DNA from: Flavobacteriales bacterium
Lineage (GTDB): Bacteria > Bacteroidota > Bacteroidia > Palsa-965
Length of the DNA stretch: 64,000 nt
Direction of reading: 5' to 3'
Assembly (NCBI GenBank): GCA_040377305.1
Contig: JBEIPA010000004.1
Span: forward strand, 128,001 to 192,000
Under the pieces are notes generated by a model. It saw only the letters and a program-made list of their open reading frames with translations, was not told the origin of the DNA and searched no databases. Below, one piece after another: positions 48,006 to 57,633 of this stretch. The position numbers and the translations under genes are program-made. The stretch's first letter is position 1, and every line of letters begins with the position of its first letter.

Positions 48006-50309
48006 TTATCGCTGAATGACCACTTTCTTCGTTACTGATTCTTCCGAAGTTATGACACGTACGAAGTACACACCATCCGCAAGGTCGCCCGAATTCATTT
48101 CCTGGTTTACGACATTCACGTTGTTGTACTGTGTTGCAGAAATTACGCGCCCGGAAATATCTGTCATTTCAACGGTCACGTCTTTAGATTCGTTGAGCAG
48201 GAAGGTAACTGTGAAGTGACCATCATTCGGATTAGGATAAATGCTGATCGAATTCTCCAGCGTCTCCTCGCCGATTCCTACATCGACAATAGTCACTGTT
48301 TGCGTGTACGTTTCTGTTCCGCACGGGCCAGTCACAGTAAGTGTAACCGTATAAACTCCGTTTACGGTGTACGTGTGTGCTGGTGTTTGTGAGTTGTCGA
48401 GCGGACTTCCATCATCAAAATTCCAGCTGTATGACCAGGCGCCGGTAGATTGGTTTGTGAAATAAGCTGTAGCCATTGAAACGGTGTGTGTGAACATTGC
48501 CGTTGCCGGCGTTAGAAGAGACACGATTACAATTTCAGAAGCTTCACACCCATTCGCATCTGTTCCGGTTACGTAGTAAGATGTATTTGTAGTCGGACTA
48601 ACCGTGAGCGGATTCGAAGGAGAGTTGTTGCTCCACAAATAAGAGAGCGCACCAGTTGCCGTGAGCGTTGCAGTTCCTCCTGGACAAATTGCCGTGTCCT
48701 GACTCACTGATACGTTAGGAGGTGTGTTTGTAGTAACAACAATGGTGTCGCCAACAGTACAGCCGGAAGGATCTGTTACAGTAACAGAATATGTTCCGCT
48801 TGTTACTGTAATCGTTTGTGAGGTCATTGCATTGCTCCAGAGGTACGTGCTTCCCGGATTGCCCGCATCAAGTACTACGCTCGATAAACAAATTGCAGTG
48901 TCAGGTCCGAGAGTCTGCGTCGGTTGACTGTTAATCGTAACGTTGATTGTGTCGCTGTCAGAGCATCCTGCTGCAGTAAACACGGTTACGGAATAAGCTC
49001 CGGAGCTGCTTGCAGTTGTTGTCTGAGATGAAGTACTGTTCGACCAGAAATACAGATTGCCTGGATTTCCTGCATCTAGCATTACACTTCCTCCGCACTG
49101 AGTAATGTCAGCACCAAGACTAACATTTGGTGCGGGGCTCAGCGTTACGATGATAGAGTCGTTCATCACGCAACCATTCGCGTCAATTACTGTTACTCCC
49201 ACGGTATCGTTGATGTTGACAGAAATTGTCTGCGTAGTAGCACCTGTTGTCCACGAGTAACTCGAGTATCCGCTGCCGGCATCTACAACGAGTGCAGTGC
49301 CACACGTGAGTGTATCGTTACCAAGTGTGTAGAATGGCGGTTGGCCAAGTGTCACCGTAATCGCATCAGTTCCTGTACAACCTTGTGGAGTAATCAGGTT
49401 TACTGAATATGTTCCGCTGGTTGTAATGCTGATTGTTTGCGTGCCTTGTCCTGAACTCCACAGATAACTGCTTCCGGGATAGCCAGCGTCAAGCAAGAAT
49501 GATGTTGCGCACACGGAGGTATCACCACCGAGGGTAACCCCGACCGCTGCGTTGATTGTAATAAATATTGGAACACGCGTACTTGAACATCCGCTGTTTT
49601 GTGTTTCAACCCACATGGTATCGAGACCGGCCGTTGGATATACCGGAGTTGTAAAAGTTGGTCCGGTTCCTTGAGCGGTTCCGCCTGTTGCAACGTCAAA
49701 CCATGTAAGAGTTCCGCTTGTTGTTGATGCGTTCAAAGTTGCAGTTGCTCCGGCACACGTTGTTACTGGTGATGTAACAGTTGGTGTTGGTGGGGTTGTG
49801 CAAAGTACCACGGCATAATCTTCACATTCGCCGAAAGAGTAAGAGCCGCATGGATCCATTGGAACACTTGCGAATGAACAAACAACACGCATCGTCACCT
49901 GACCAGACGCAGGTGGTACGACGAACGAAGACGTGAATGAAGATGTTGACGAGAAGCCGGAGTTGTAAATGAATTCTCCCGCATCATAAAACGAACCGTT
50001 GTCGTTCCAGTCAACCCAAATTCCAAAACCTTGAGACCACGATGACCCGGACTGAACAGTGAAGGTTATCGTTGCAGCCGGAACCGTAGTCAGTATCTGT
50101 GTCGACGAATAATCGATGTAATTATTGGGCATACCATTACAACCCGAGAATAAGTTGGTGATGTTGGTTGACCCTCCTGTCGTGCTGAAATTTTCAATGT
50201 AGTCGGCGCTACTGCAGGCTACAGAGTAGAATGGCTGACATTGAGAAAGTGCCTTCTGCGCAAATCCGAACAAGCCGATAAAAAATAATGCCGTGTAAAG
50301 TCTTCTCAT
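48006..50309 (-). CDS. T9SS type A cargo: GEVED-like head, Ig-like repeats, PKD, CTD
   Basis: Start MRRLYTAL at 50309 (the longer ORF begins across a terminator); WVDWNDNGSFYD...GECEDY; LDAGNPG repeats; IYPNPNDG CTD. Confidence 0.88.
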   Translation of the reverse strand: MRRLYTALFFIGLFGFAQKALSQCQPFYSVACSSADYIENFSTTGGSTNITNLFSGCNGMPNNYIDYSSTQILTTVPAATITFTVQSGSSWSQGFGIWVDWNDNGSFYDAGEFIYNSGFSSTSSFTSSFVVPPASGQVTMRVVCSFASVPMDPCGSYSFGECEDYAVVLCTTPPTPTVTSPVTTCAGATATLNASTTSGTLTWFDVATGGTAQGTGPTFTTPVYPTAGLDTMWVETQNSGCSSTRVPIFITINAAVGVTLGGDTSVCATSFLLDAGYPGSSYLWSSGQGTQTISITTSGTYSVNLITPQGCTGTDAITVTLGQPPFYTLGNDTLTCGTALVVDAGSGYSSYSWTTGATTQTISVNINDTVGVTVIDANGCVMNDSIIVTLSPAPNVSLGADITQCGGSVMLDAGNPGNLYFWSNSTSSQTTTASSSGAYSVTVFTAAGCSDSDTINVTINSQPTQTLGPDTAICLSSVVLDAGNPGSTYLWSNAMTSQTITVTSGTYSVTVTDPSGCTVGDTIVVTTNTPPNVSVSQDTAICPGGTATLTATGALSYLWSNNSPSNPLTVSPTTNTSYYVTGTDANGCEASEIVIVSLLTPATAMFTHTVSMATAYFTNQSTGAWSYSWNFDDGSPLDNSQTPAHTYTVNGVYTVTLTVTGPCGTETYTQTVTIVDVGIGEETLENSISIYPNPNDGHFTVTFLLNESKDVTVEMTDISGRVISATQYNNVNVVNQEMNSGDLADGVYFVRVITSEESVTKKVVIQR

Positions 50310-50342
50310 GGGTAAATCGTGTTTAAAGCCACTGCAATTTAC

Positions 50343-50374
50343 AAAAAAAATAGGACCGGATAAATCCGGTCCTA
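50343..50374 (-). terminator. Intrinsic terminator
   Basis: A8-TAGGACCGGA-TAAA-TCCGGTCCTA, perfect 10-bp stem. Confidence 0.9.
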
Positions 50375-50399
50375 CCACTGAAATCATAGCTTTTTCGCG

Positions 50400-52616
50400 C
50401 TATTTCTGCACTGCGATCTTACGGGTTACTGTACCATCGATTGTTGTGATGGTTACGAAGTAAATCCCGTTAGCAAGGCTTTCGTCGCCCAGTTCGCGGG
50501 TAAATGAGCTTACCGCGTCCTGTTGTAGTGTGCTGATTTCGCGTCCCGAAAGATCTGTAAGGCGAATTGTTACGTCTTTTGCTTCTGCAAAGTTGAAGCT
50601 CACCGTAAACTCTCCACCGTTCGGGTTCGGGTAAATAGTGAGCGAATTTTCAAGTTCGCTGTCTTCCAGACCTACATCAGTGATCGTAACTGTCATGGTG
50701 TGCGTGTCAGTTCCGCACGGACCTGTTACAGTCAGTGTAACTGTGTAAACGCCATTCACTGTGTAAGTGTGCGAAGGACTTGCTGTATTATTCACGGGGC
50801 TTCCGTCACCAAAATCCCAGGTGTACGTGTAAGCGCCAGTCGATTGATTCGTGAAGAAAGCGGTTGCCATTGCAACAGTATGCGTGAACATTGCCGTTGA
50901 ATTTGGTAGCATGGAAACAATCACAACATCCGATGCCTGACACCCGTTCGCATCAGTTCCGGTTACGTAGTAAGATGTACTGGTTGTTGGAGAAACACCT
51001 GTAGGATTCGATGTTGCCAGATTGCTCCACAAGTAAGAAACCGCTCCTGTTGCTGCGAGGTTTGCAGTCCCTCCAACACAAATTGCAGTGTCGTTGCTTG
51101 CTATAACATTTGGTGGTGCGTTCGTTGTAACAACAATGGTGTCACCCACAGAACAACCTGCCGGATCAGTAATTGTAACTGAATATGTTCCGCTCGATAC
51201 AGTAATTGTTTGCGATGTCATTGCATTGCTCCACAAGTACGTGCTTCCTGGATTACCTGCATTAAGAACAACACTCGCCAAACAAATTGAAGTATCAGGA
51301 CCGAGGTTCTGTACCGGCTGATTGTTGATTGTTACATTAATTGTATCGCTGCTTGCACAACCAGCCTGAGTCAACACGTTTACAAAGTATGTTCCGGTTG
51401 TACTTACAGTTGTAGTCTGAGATGAAGTACTGTTCGACCAGAAGAATAATGCGCCAGGATTTCCAGCATCAAGTTGTGCTGAACCGCCGCACTGTGTAAT
51501 GTCCGGACCAAGGTCAACAAGTGGCGCAGGATTCAGAATGATACTGATTGAATCAGTCATTGTACAACCATTCGCGTCAGTAACAGTTACGGCAACTGTG
51601 TCGGTAGTGGTAATCGTTTCTGTTTGTGCTGATCCGCCTGTGCTCCATGCGTACGTCAGATATCCATTTCCGGCGTCGAGAACAAGGTTGTTTCCGCACG
51701 AAGAAGTATCACTGCCCAACGTGTATGTTGGTGGAGTATTTAATGTTACAGTGATTTGATCCGTATTGATGCATCCCGAAGGAAACTGCACAGCTACCGA
51801 ATAAGTTCCGCTTTGAGTTATGGTAAGTTGTTGTGTGCCTGCTCCGGTGTTCCACAGGTACGCACTACCTGGATTGCCCGCGTCGAGCACGTAACTCGTT
51901 GCGCAAACTGTAGTATCGTTTCCAAGTGTTACCGGCGCTGCGGCCTGAACTGAAACCTGAACCTCGTCGCTCGCTGTACAACCATTTGCATCAGTCAACG
52001 TAAGCGTATAAGTTGCAGTTGATGTAACTGTTGTAACTACAGAAGAGGCTGTTGTAGGAGTGGTAAGGTTAGTTACTGGCAACCACGAATACGCATATGG
52101 TGGCAATCCGCCTGACCCGTTTCCTGCTATTCCGATGGTATCCGGATTACCGAAGCATGTTGTTTGATCGGGTGCCGCAACAAGCGTAGGTGCTGCGCCG
52201 GCCGTGTTCTGAGTCATTGTTACCGGACACTGTGCTCCTGATGCATTGCAGAAATACTGGTCAAGAAGAACCCGTACATAACCACAAATATTTGAAGTAA
52301 AACTTACGCTGCTCTGAAGTCCGCAAAAATCATCGTTGTATACAACGAAGTTTCCGGATACATCCTCATAAACGGAAATCTGCGTATCGTATGATGAAGT
52401 AGCGCATGTAGTAACCGTGTAGTTTGCGCCGAACTCAACATACGCCAACACGTATTGACCCGCCCCATACGTTTGTGTGGTTGACAAGGAAACTCCCGGA
52501 GGTGTAAGGCTTCCGGCAGTGAGCGTGTTGTCGTTTGCGCATTGTGCGTTAATAGTTTGTACGCCCGTAAGAAGCAGAATTGCCGACAGTGCGAAGCCTA
52601 GTAGAGATTTATTCAT
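50400..52616 (-). CDS. T9SS type A cargo: PPC-like head, Ig-like repeats, PKD, CTD; paralog of the adjacent gene
   Basis: Signal peptide ending INA-Q; YDTQISVY...YNDDFCGLQS head; stalk collinear with 48006-50309. Confidence 0.88.
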   Translation of the reverse strand: MNKSLLGFALSAILLLTGVQTINAQCANDNTLTAGSLTPPGVSLSTTQTYGAGQYVLAYVEFGANYTVTTCATSSYDTQISVYEDVSGNFVVYNDDFCGLQSSVSFTSNICGYVRVLLDQYFCNASGAQCPVTMTQNTAGAAPTLVAAPDQTTCFGNPDTIGIAGNGSGGLPPYAYSWLPVTNLTTPTTASSVVTTVTSTATYTLTLTDANGCTASDEVQVSVQAAAPVTLGNDTTVCATSYVLDAGNPGSAYLWNTGAGTQQLTITQSGTYSVAVQFPSGCINTDQITVTLNTPPTYTLGSDTSSCGNNLVLDAGNGYLTYAWSTGGSAQTETITTTDTVAVTVTDANGCTMTDSISIILNPAPLVDLGPDITQCGGSAQLDAGNPGALFFWSNSTSSQTTTVSTTGTYFVNVLTQAGCASSDTINVTINNQPVQNLGPDTSICLASVVLNAGNPGSTYLWSNAMTSQTITVSSGTYSVTITDPAGCSVGDTIVVTTNAPPNVIASNDTAICVGGTANLAATGAVSYLWSNLATSNPTGVSPTTSTSYYVTGTDANGCQASDVVIVSMLPNSTAMFTHTVAMATAFFTNQSTGAYTYTWDFGDGSPVNNTASPSHTYTVNGVYTVTLTVTGPCGTDTHTMTVTITDVGLEDSELENSLTIYPNPNGGEFTVSFNFAEAKDVTIRLTDLSGREISTLQQDAVSSFTRELGDESLANGIYFVTITTIDGTVTRKIAVQK

Positions 52617-52696
52617 CTGTATAATGTTTGCTGGCGATAAAAGTACGAAATGCTACAGAGGAACCTACCAATATTGCTTATTTTCGACCATCCTAA

Positions 52697-54877
52697 ATGG
52701 CAAAGAAAACCAGCAAATCGACTGAGAAGCATTCCGGTCCAACCAAAGGGGCAAATTCTGCCTCGTCCGGATCGAAATCCGGACCGAAAAATCAAGGATT
52801 CTTTCGCAGAAACCGCCTTTCGGTAATCCTTTTTTGCCTGACGTTTATTGTATTCGGAAATTCGATTTACAACGAATACGCGATGGACGATGAGTTTTAC
52901 ACCGCTGGCTCCAACAAGCTCACGCAGCAGGGTATTGATGGAATTGGTGAAATTTTTACGACACGCACCTTCTTCAACAATGACGGTTCCGGGTACTCCT
53001 ATCGGCCCGTTGCCCTTACATCATTCGCTTTGGAGATCCAACTCTTCGGCGAGAAAGCACGAACCAGCCATTTCATCAATGTGCTGATCTACGCCTTCAC
53101 ATTGATTCTGCTCTTCAGTATTCTGAAGCGCTGGTTCAAAAATCAGGGCGAGTGGTTCGCGTTTTTTGTTTGTCTGATTTTTCTGGTGCACCCGATACAC
53201 ACGGAAGTGGTAGCAAACATCAAATGCCGTGATGAGTTGCTTGCTTTTTTCTTCGTGTTGGTTACAATCCGACTCGTTTGGGCGCACCTCGAAACAAAAA
53301 AACTCTGGCTGTGGCCGCTCATGGGTATTGCGTTTATGTTCGCGGTTTTATCGAAGACCTCGATCGCAGCCTTCTTCCTGTTGATTCCGATTTCCGTTTG
53401 GTACTTCACCGATGCAAGCTGGAAAAAAGCGGCATCGTACATTTTGCCACTGGTTGGCGCACTACTCTTCGTGAAACTTGTTCTGCTCGCGAATATTCCG
53501 GAAATGAGTCGCACGTTACAAGGTTTTGAGAATCCGGTTGGGGCAATGCCGTATAGTCAGCAATCTGCAACTGCAGCGTATGTTATGGGTCGGTATCTCT
53601 ACCTCATGTTCATTCCGTTCCCTCTGATTTTCTATTACGGATTGAACGAAGTTCCGGTATGTACATGGTCAAATCCGATTGTGATTCTTTCCTCGATTGC
53701 GCATTTAGCTCTGATAGGTTGGATGATTGTCGAGCTGAAAAAGAAAAGCATAATCGGTTTCGGAATTCTGATGTACGGTGCAAACCTCATTCTCTTTTCC
53801 AACCTCCTTGCTCCTGCACCGGGAATCATGGCAGAACGATTTGCGTACAGCGCGAGTCTTGGTTTTATAATCGTACTCGTCGCGTTGTTATTCAAGTACA
53901 CGAAGGTCGATTCCGCTTCGTTCAGCTGGAAGTCGCCTAACTATTCGACGGTGCGCAACGTGATATTGCTGCTGGTGGTTGTATTCGGAATTCGTTCCAT
54001 TATCCGCAATGAAGTTTGGCAGGATAAAGAAACCTTGTATCGTAATGATGTTGCATTGGCTCCGGAGTCCGCGAAAATCAACATGCTGCTTGCTTCTTTT
54101 CTTTCCTCAAAAGGCGCACAGATGAGCTTTGACGCACAACGTCATTTACAATATGCACAGCAGCTCATGCAGCAGGGACAACAACAGGCAGCGGCTATAC
54201 AGCAAGACAGTGCACGAATGATGCGCGATGAATCGTATGCTATTTTCCGGGAAGCACGTGCGTATTACGTACAGGCAACTTTAGTATGGCCAGGTTACTA
54301 CACGGCGTGGAGTAATCTCGGTACGGCTTATTATTTCACGCAGGAGTACAAGGGGGGAATTCCATACTTCAAAAAAGCGATCGAAATCAAACCCGATTAT
54401 GCAGAAGCATATTTCAACCTGGGGATGTCATACGAGCAAATTGCGCGAACGAAAACAGATACAAATCTAATGCTGCTTGACTCCGCGTTCTATTTCTTTG
54501 AGGAGGGAATACGACAGGACTCTTCTTACGTGAACTCAGCAGAGCAATTGAGCCGTTTGATTTTCGTTTATCGAGGCGATTCTGCAATGGCATTGCACGT
54601 ACTGAACGAAGCTGTGAAAGACAACCCTGAATCGGATGTCCCGTGGAACGCGATGAGCAGTATTTTCTTTCAGTCGAAAGACACTGCGAGCGGATTGATT
54701 GCGTTGGAAACGGCGGCTCGCCTAAACCCTGACAATATCCAGCGCCTGGGGAATCTTGCAAGCTATTATAATTCGAAAGGAAATACTTCGAAAGCGGAAT
54801 ATTATAACGCGCTGTACAATCAGAAGTATGGTGAGTATCTGCAGCAGCAGAAGATGATCGGAAAAAAACGGCGCTAA
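52697..54877 (+). CDS. TMTC-like (DUF1736-type) GT-C glycosyltransferase with C-terminal TPRs
   Basis: YAMDD acidic loop, YRPV, HPIHTEVVANIKCRDEL, AERFAY, RNEVWQD; TPR AIEIKPDYAEAYFNLG. Confidence 0.85.
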   Translation: MAKKTSKSTEKHSGPTKGANSASSGSKSGPKNQGFFRRNRLSVILFCLTFIVFGNSIYNEYAMDDEFYTAGSNKLTQQGIDGIGEIFTTRTFFNNDGSGYSYRPVALTSFALEIQLFGEKARTSHFINVLIYAFTLILLFSILKRWFKNQGEWFAFFVCLIFLVHPIHTEVVANIKCRDELLAFFFVLVTIRLVWAHLETKKLWLWPLMGIAFMFAVLSKTSIAAFFLLIPISVWYFTDASWKKAASYILPLVGALLFVKLVLLANIPEMSRTLQGFENPVGAMPYSQQSATAAYVMGRYLYLMFIPFPLIFYYGLNEVPVCTWSNPIVILSSIAHLALIGWMIVELKKKSIIGFGILMYGANLILFSNLLAPAPGIMAERFAYSASLGFIIVLVALLFKYTKVDSASFSWKSPNYSTVRNVILLLVVVFGIRSIIRNEVWQDKETLYRNDVALAPESAKINMLLASFLSSKGAQMSFDAQRHLQYAQQLMQQGQQQAAAIQQDSARMMRDESYAIFREARAYYVQATLVWPGYYTAWSNLGTAYYFTQEYKGGIPYFKKAIEIKPDYAEAYFNLGMSYEQIARTKTDTNLMLLDSAFYFFEEGIRQDSSYVNSAEQLSRLIFVYRGDSAMALHVLNEAVKDNPESDVPWNAMSSIFFQSKDTASGLIALETAARLNPDNIQRLGNLASYYNSKGNTSKAEYYNALYNQKYGEYLQQQKMIGKKRR

Positions 54878-56331
54878 ACCGGTGCTGTTTTCGTATTCAG
54901 CCACGTGTTGTAGTTGATCAGGTCTCCAACGGTGTTTTGTTGTTTATCAAGGAAGGTTCTGATCTTTTTCTGAAGCAATTTATTCCGCAGAACATTTTCG
55001 GCAGTTGCAAATTCACTGAGCAGATTCAACATTTCCTGATGACGTTTTCCTTCGCGGGATTTAAGCTGAACAGCAAATTCCTTCTTCACTTGTTCGATGC
55101 GTTTCTCGAGGAATTCTTCGTCTTTGAGCTCGTAACGGATAATCAATTCCGCTATCGTAATTTTCATGCGCAGGTTCACGTCCAGATTTATGTACCCTTC
55201 CTCCATGGTCAGTCGCACGAGACTTCGCAAGGCCTGCTTGTAATTCTGCCCGTCGAAATTAAGCACAGTTAGATTCACATAAATGAATACATGGTAATGC
55301 GGTTGTTTCATAATAACCGCATTCTCTTTGATTTCATTCAACACTTCAATTGCCTTGTCGCGATTATTCGTTGAGTAATTAATGACAAGAATGTTGTAAT
55401 AGAAGAAGAGATACTTGTCGTGCAGCAATCCACCAAACTCCGCCATCGCAGCCTTTAGCTTTGCGGCAGTCTCCAGCGATTCTTCCATCTTCATATTCTT
55501 GAACTGCGCATTCGCGAGATAGGTAAGCATCTGCAGTCGCGTATCGTGCGTATTCCGATTGAAAAGTTTTTCCTTCGTGAATTCCGACAGCGTGTCCAGC
55601 AGGTATTTCTCCAGCGATACGAAGTCGTGTTTCTGCAAGAGAATTCTGCTTAGCGAGTGATACACTTTGAATCGAAGCTGAATACTTTTCGAAGCGGCTT
55701 TCTTTAATCCTAAACCCGAAACACGTTTGCGAAGATTCTCGATGATGCGATAATCTTGTCCCGTGAAGTTTTGTGTGGTGCGTACTTTGTAAACTACTTC
55801 AGCAAGTATGTCGTCAATCTCCTGCAGGCGAGCTAAGTCTTCACGATTCTCTCTTCGTTTGCGTATGTATTCAGTCGGATTCACACCAAGCGTTTCCTGC
55901 GAATACCTGATGTATTCAGAATAGATAAGATCAAGCAACTCATGATTCTCAACCGAGATAGCCCGCTTTTCCGCTTTTCCTAAATAATGCAGGGCAAGCT
56001 GGAACTGAGATCCCACCAAAAAGTGCCTTGCCAGCTGCAAAAACATGGCAACCTGGTTAAAATCGCTCTCATCGGAGTACTGAAGCGCCAAACTTTTCGC
56101 CACATCATCCAAAAGCCGGTTTTTCAGGCGATAAAGAGCATTTTTATCGCTTGTTCCGTAAAGTTTTGCCTGAATCTTATCCTCGTCGTAATCTTCCGGA
56201 CGCTGACGGATATAATCGAAAAGCTCAATATCCTTTCGATCTGACCCCGAATTGGTCCTTCCCATGAAAAGCTTGAGGTGGCGAACCTCCTCCTTATTCA
56301 TAGATGCTATGATCTGCTGTAACGTATTCAT
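54874..56331 (-). CDS. Conserved all-helical Bacteroidota hypothetical protein, possible regulator
   Basis: 485 aa, no signal peptide; N-terminus LQQIIASMNKEEVRHLK...LYRLKNRL; TPR-like helices; ends INYNTWL. Confidence 0.7.
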   Translation of the reverse strand: MNTLQQIIASMNKEEVRHLKLFMGRTNSGSDRKDIELFDYIRQRPEDYDEDKIQAKLYGTSDKNALYRLKNRLLDDVAKSLALQYSDESDFNQVAMFLQLARHFLVGSQFQLALHYLGKAEKRAISVENHELLDLIYSEYIRYSQETLGVNPTEYIRKRRENREDLARLQEIDDILAEVVYKVRTTQNFTGQDYRIIENLRKRVSGLGLKKAASKSIQLRFKVYHSLSRILLQKHDFVSLEKYLLDTLSEFTKEKLFNRNTHDTRLQMLTYLANAQFKNMKMEESLETAAKLKAAMAEFGGLLHDKYLFFYYNILVINYSTNNRDKAIEVLNEIKENAVIMKQPHYHVFIYVNLTVLNFDGQNYKQALRSLVRLTMEEGYINLDVNLRMKITIAELIIRYELKDEEFLEKRIEQVKKEFAVQLKSREGKRHQEMLNLLSEFATAENVLRNKLLQKKIRTFLDKQQNTVGDLINYNTWLNTKTAPV

Positions 56332-56385
56332 GGGTGAACGCGTAAGATAATTGTAAATCTAAGTGTTTTATTGAATAAGTCGGGC

Positions 56386-56393
56386 TATTTTTG
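56386..56393 (+). promoter_or_regulatory. Putative -7 promoter box
   Basis: TATTTTTG 34 nt upstream of ATG 56428. Confidence 0.5.
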
Positions 56394-56427
56394 TTATGGC
56401 AAATACTCTTAATAAAAACAAACCATC

Positions 56428-57144
56428 ATGAGGTACACAAACCCATACAAGCTGCTGCTACCAGTGTTGCTTGCATTCTTGCTGAATGCGGTACCTGCGA
56501 AGTCGCAGAACCTCCTTGGTTTTTCTCCCAATGCATTATCGGGTTGGCGCGACACAGTTGAAGTTGGAGATACAGTATTGGTGATGGGACTTCTGAAAAA
56601 CTATTCTCCAACGAATAACTTCACTGACACATTAATGTTGCAGGGAAGTGTTGATACGGGTTCCGGGCCTGTACCGTTTGCAATAATAATCCCTCAGCAA
56701 TTATTTATCAGTCCGTTAGACAGCATTCCTTTATTATACTCGTTCATATTCGACACTGCGGGCGTTGGAGCGCCACAGTTTCACGTCGGTAATAACGTGG
56801 TCGTCGTGTGGCCAATCGGCGTTGGGCCGGGCGGATGGCAACCAAAAGACTCTTTGCTCTTAAATGTTCTGGTTGTCGATTCAATGAGCAGCGTCAACGA
56901 ACCACCAACCGAATTTGTACGCATCTGGCCTGTACCGGCTAACGGTCCTCTATACATTAGTAGTGTTAATAGTCAGTATGAATTCACCTACGTAATCATT
57001 CGCGATGCGCTTGGACAAACCGTTTACTCCGGAATTCCAACAGGGCAAGCGATTAGTACAGATGCATGGTCCCGCGGACTATATACGGTAGAAGCAGGAC
57101 TCAGCAATGGCACTGTAAGCTGGTTTAAAATTATGAGGCAATAG
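56428..57144 (+). CDS. Small T9SS type A cargo protein (single beta domain plus CTD)
   Basis: Signal peptide ending AKS-Q; CTD IWPVPANG...IRDALGQTV...GLYTVE...FKIMRQ. Confidence 0.82.
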   Translation: MRYTNPYKLLLPVLLAFLLNAVPAKSQNLLGFSPNALSGWRDTVEVGDTVLVMGLLKNYSPTNNFTDTLMLQGSVDTGSGPVPFAIIIPQQLFISPLDSIPLLYSFIFDTAGVGAPQFHVGNNVVVVWPIGVGPGGWQPKDSLLLNVLVVDSMSSVNEPPTEFVRIWPVPANGPLYISSVNSQYEFTYVIIRDALGQTVYSGIPTGQAISTDAWSRGLYTVEAGLSNGTVSWFKIMRQ

Positions 57145-57183
57145 CGATACTTAGTTAGTTGCTTGTTTGGTTAATTAAATGTT

Positions 57184-57220
57184 GCATCCCGGAGATACCT
57201 CACTCCGGGATGTTTCTTTT
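57184..57220 (+). terminator. Intrinsic terminator
   Basis: CATCCCGGAG-8 nt-CTCCGGGATG-TTTCTTTT. Confidence 0.88.
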
Positions 57221-57577
57221 ACCGCTGCGGCGCTGCGTAACGGGCGACGCCGAGTAACAGTTCAATCTATTCATATATGAAGTAAGGTGTTGACTTTACA
57301 CCGTGTTCAATCCATTCGTTAATCTATTCCTACGATCGCTCCGATCTTCATGTGCTGAATACAACTTCTCAGCCACTGGCTGTCTTTACGCTAGCAAGCC
57401 GCTTCCTGAATATTGATTATTGAACATTGCGTCGTGGTCAGTACACTCTTCTTTTTAACACGAAACTTAATCGTTGTGCGCTGAACATTACATCGCAATC
57501 AAGGCGACGTACTTCATATTGTCTCAATACGCATGCGCGATGTCCCTGGCGAACAAGTATAAACGCTCAACGTACCG

Positions 57578-57610
57578 CAAACAAAAACCCCGATCTCGCG
57601 ACCGGGGTTT
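57578..57610 (-). terminator. Intrinsic terminator
   Basis: AAACCCCG..TCGC..CGGGGTTT (GCGA loop on the minus strand) with an A-rich + strand 5' flank. Confidence 0.8.
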
Positions 57611-57633
57611 CAATTTCTGTTGTGTCGTTATGA

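Noticed and set aside
50310-50387. N-terminal extension of the 793-aa ORF
   Set aside because: It runs through the upstream gene's terminator; the signal peptide begins at 50309. Similar over-extended starts were trimmed at 10157, 31865, 32329, 36731 and 37992.
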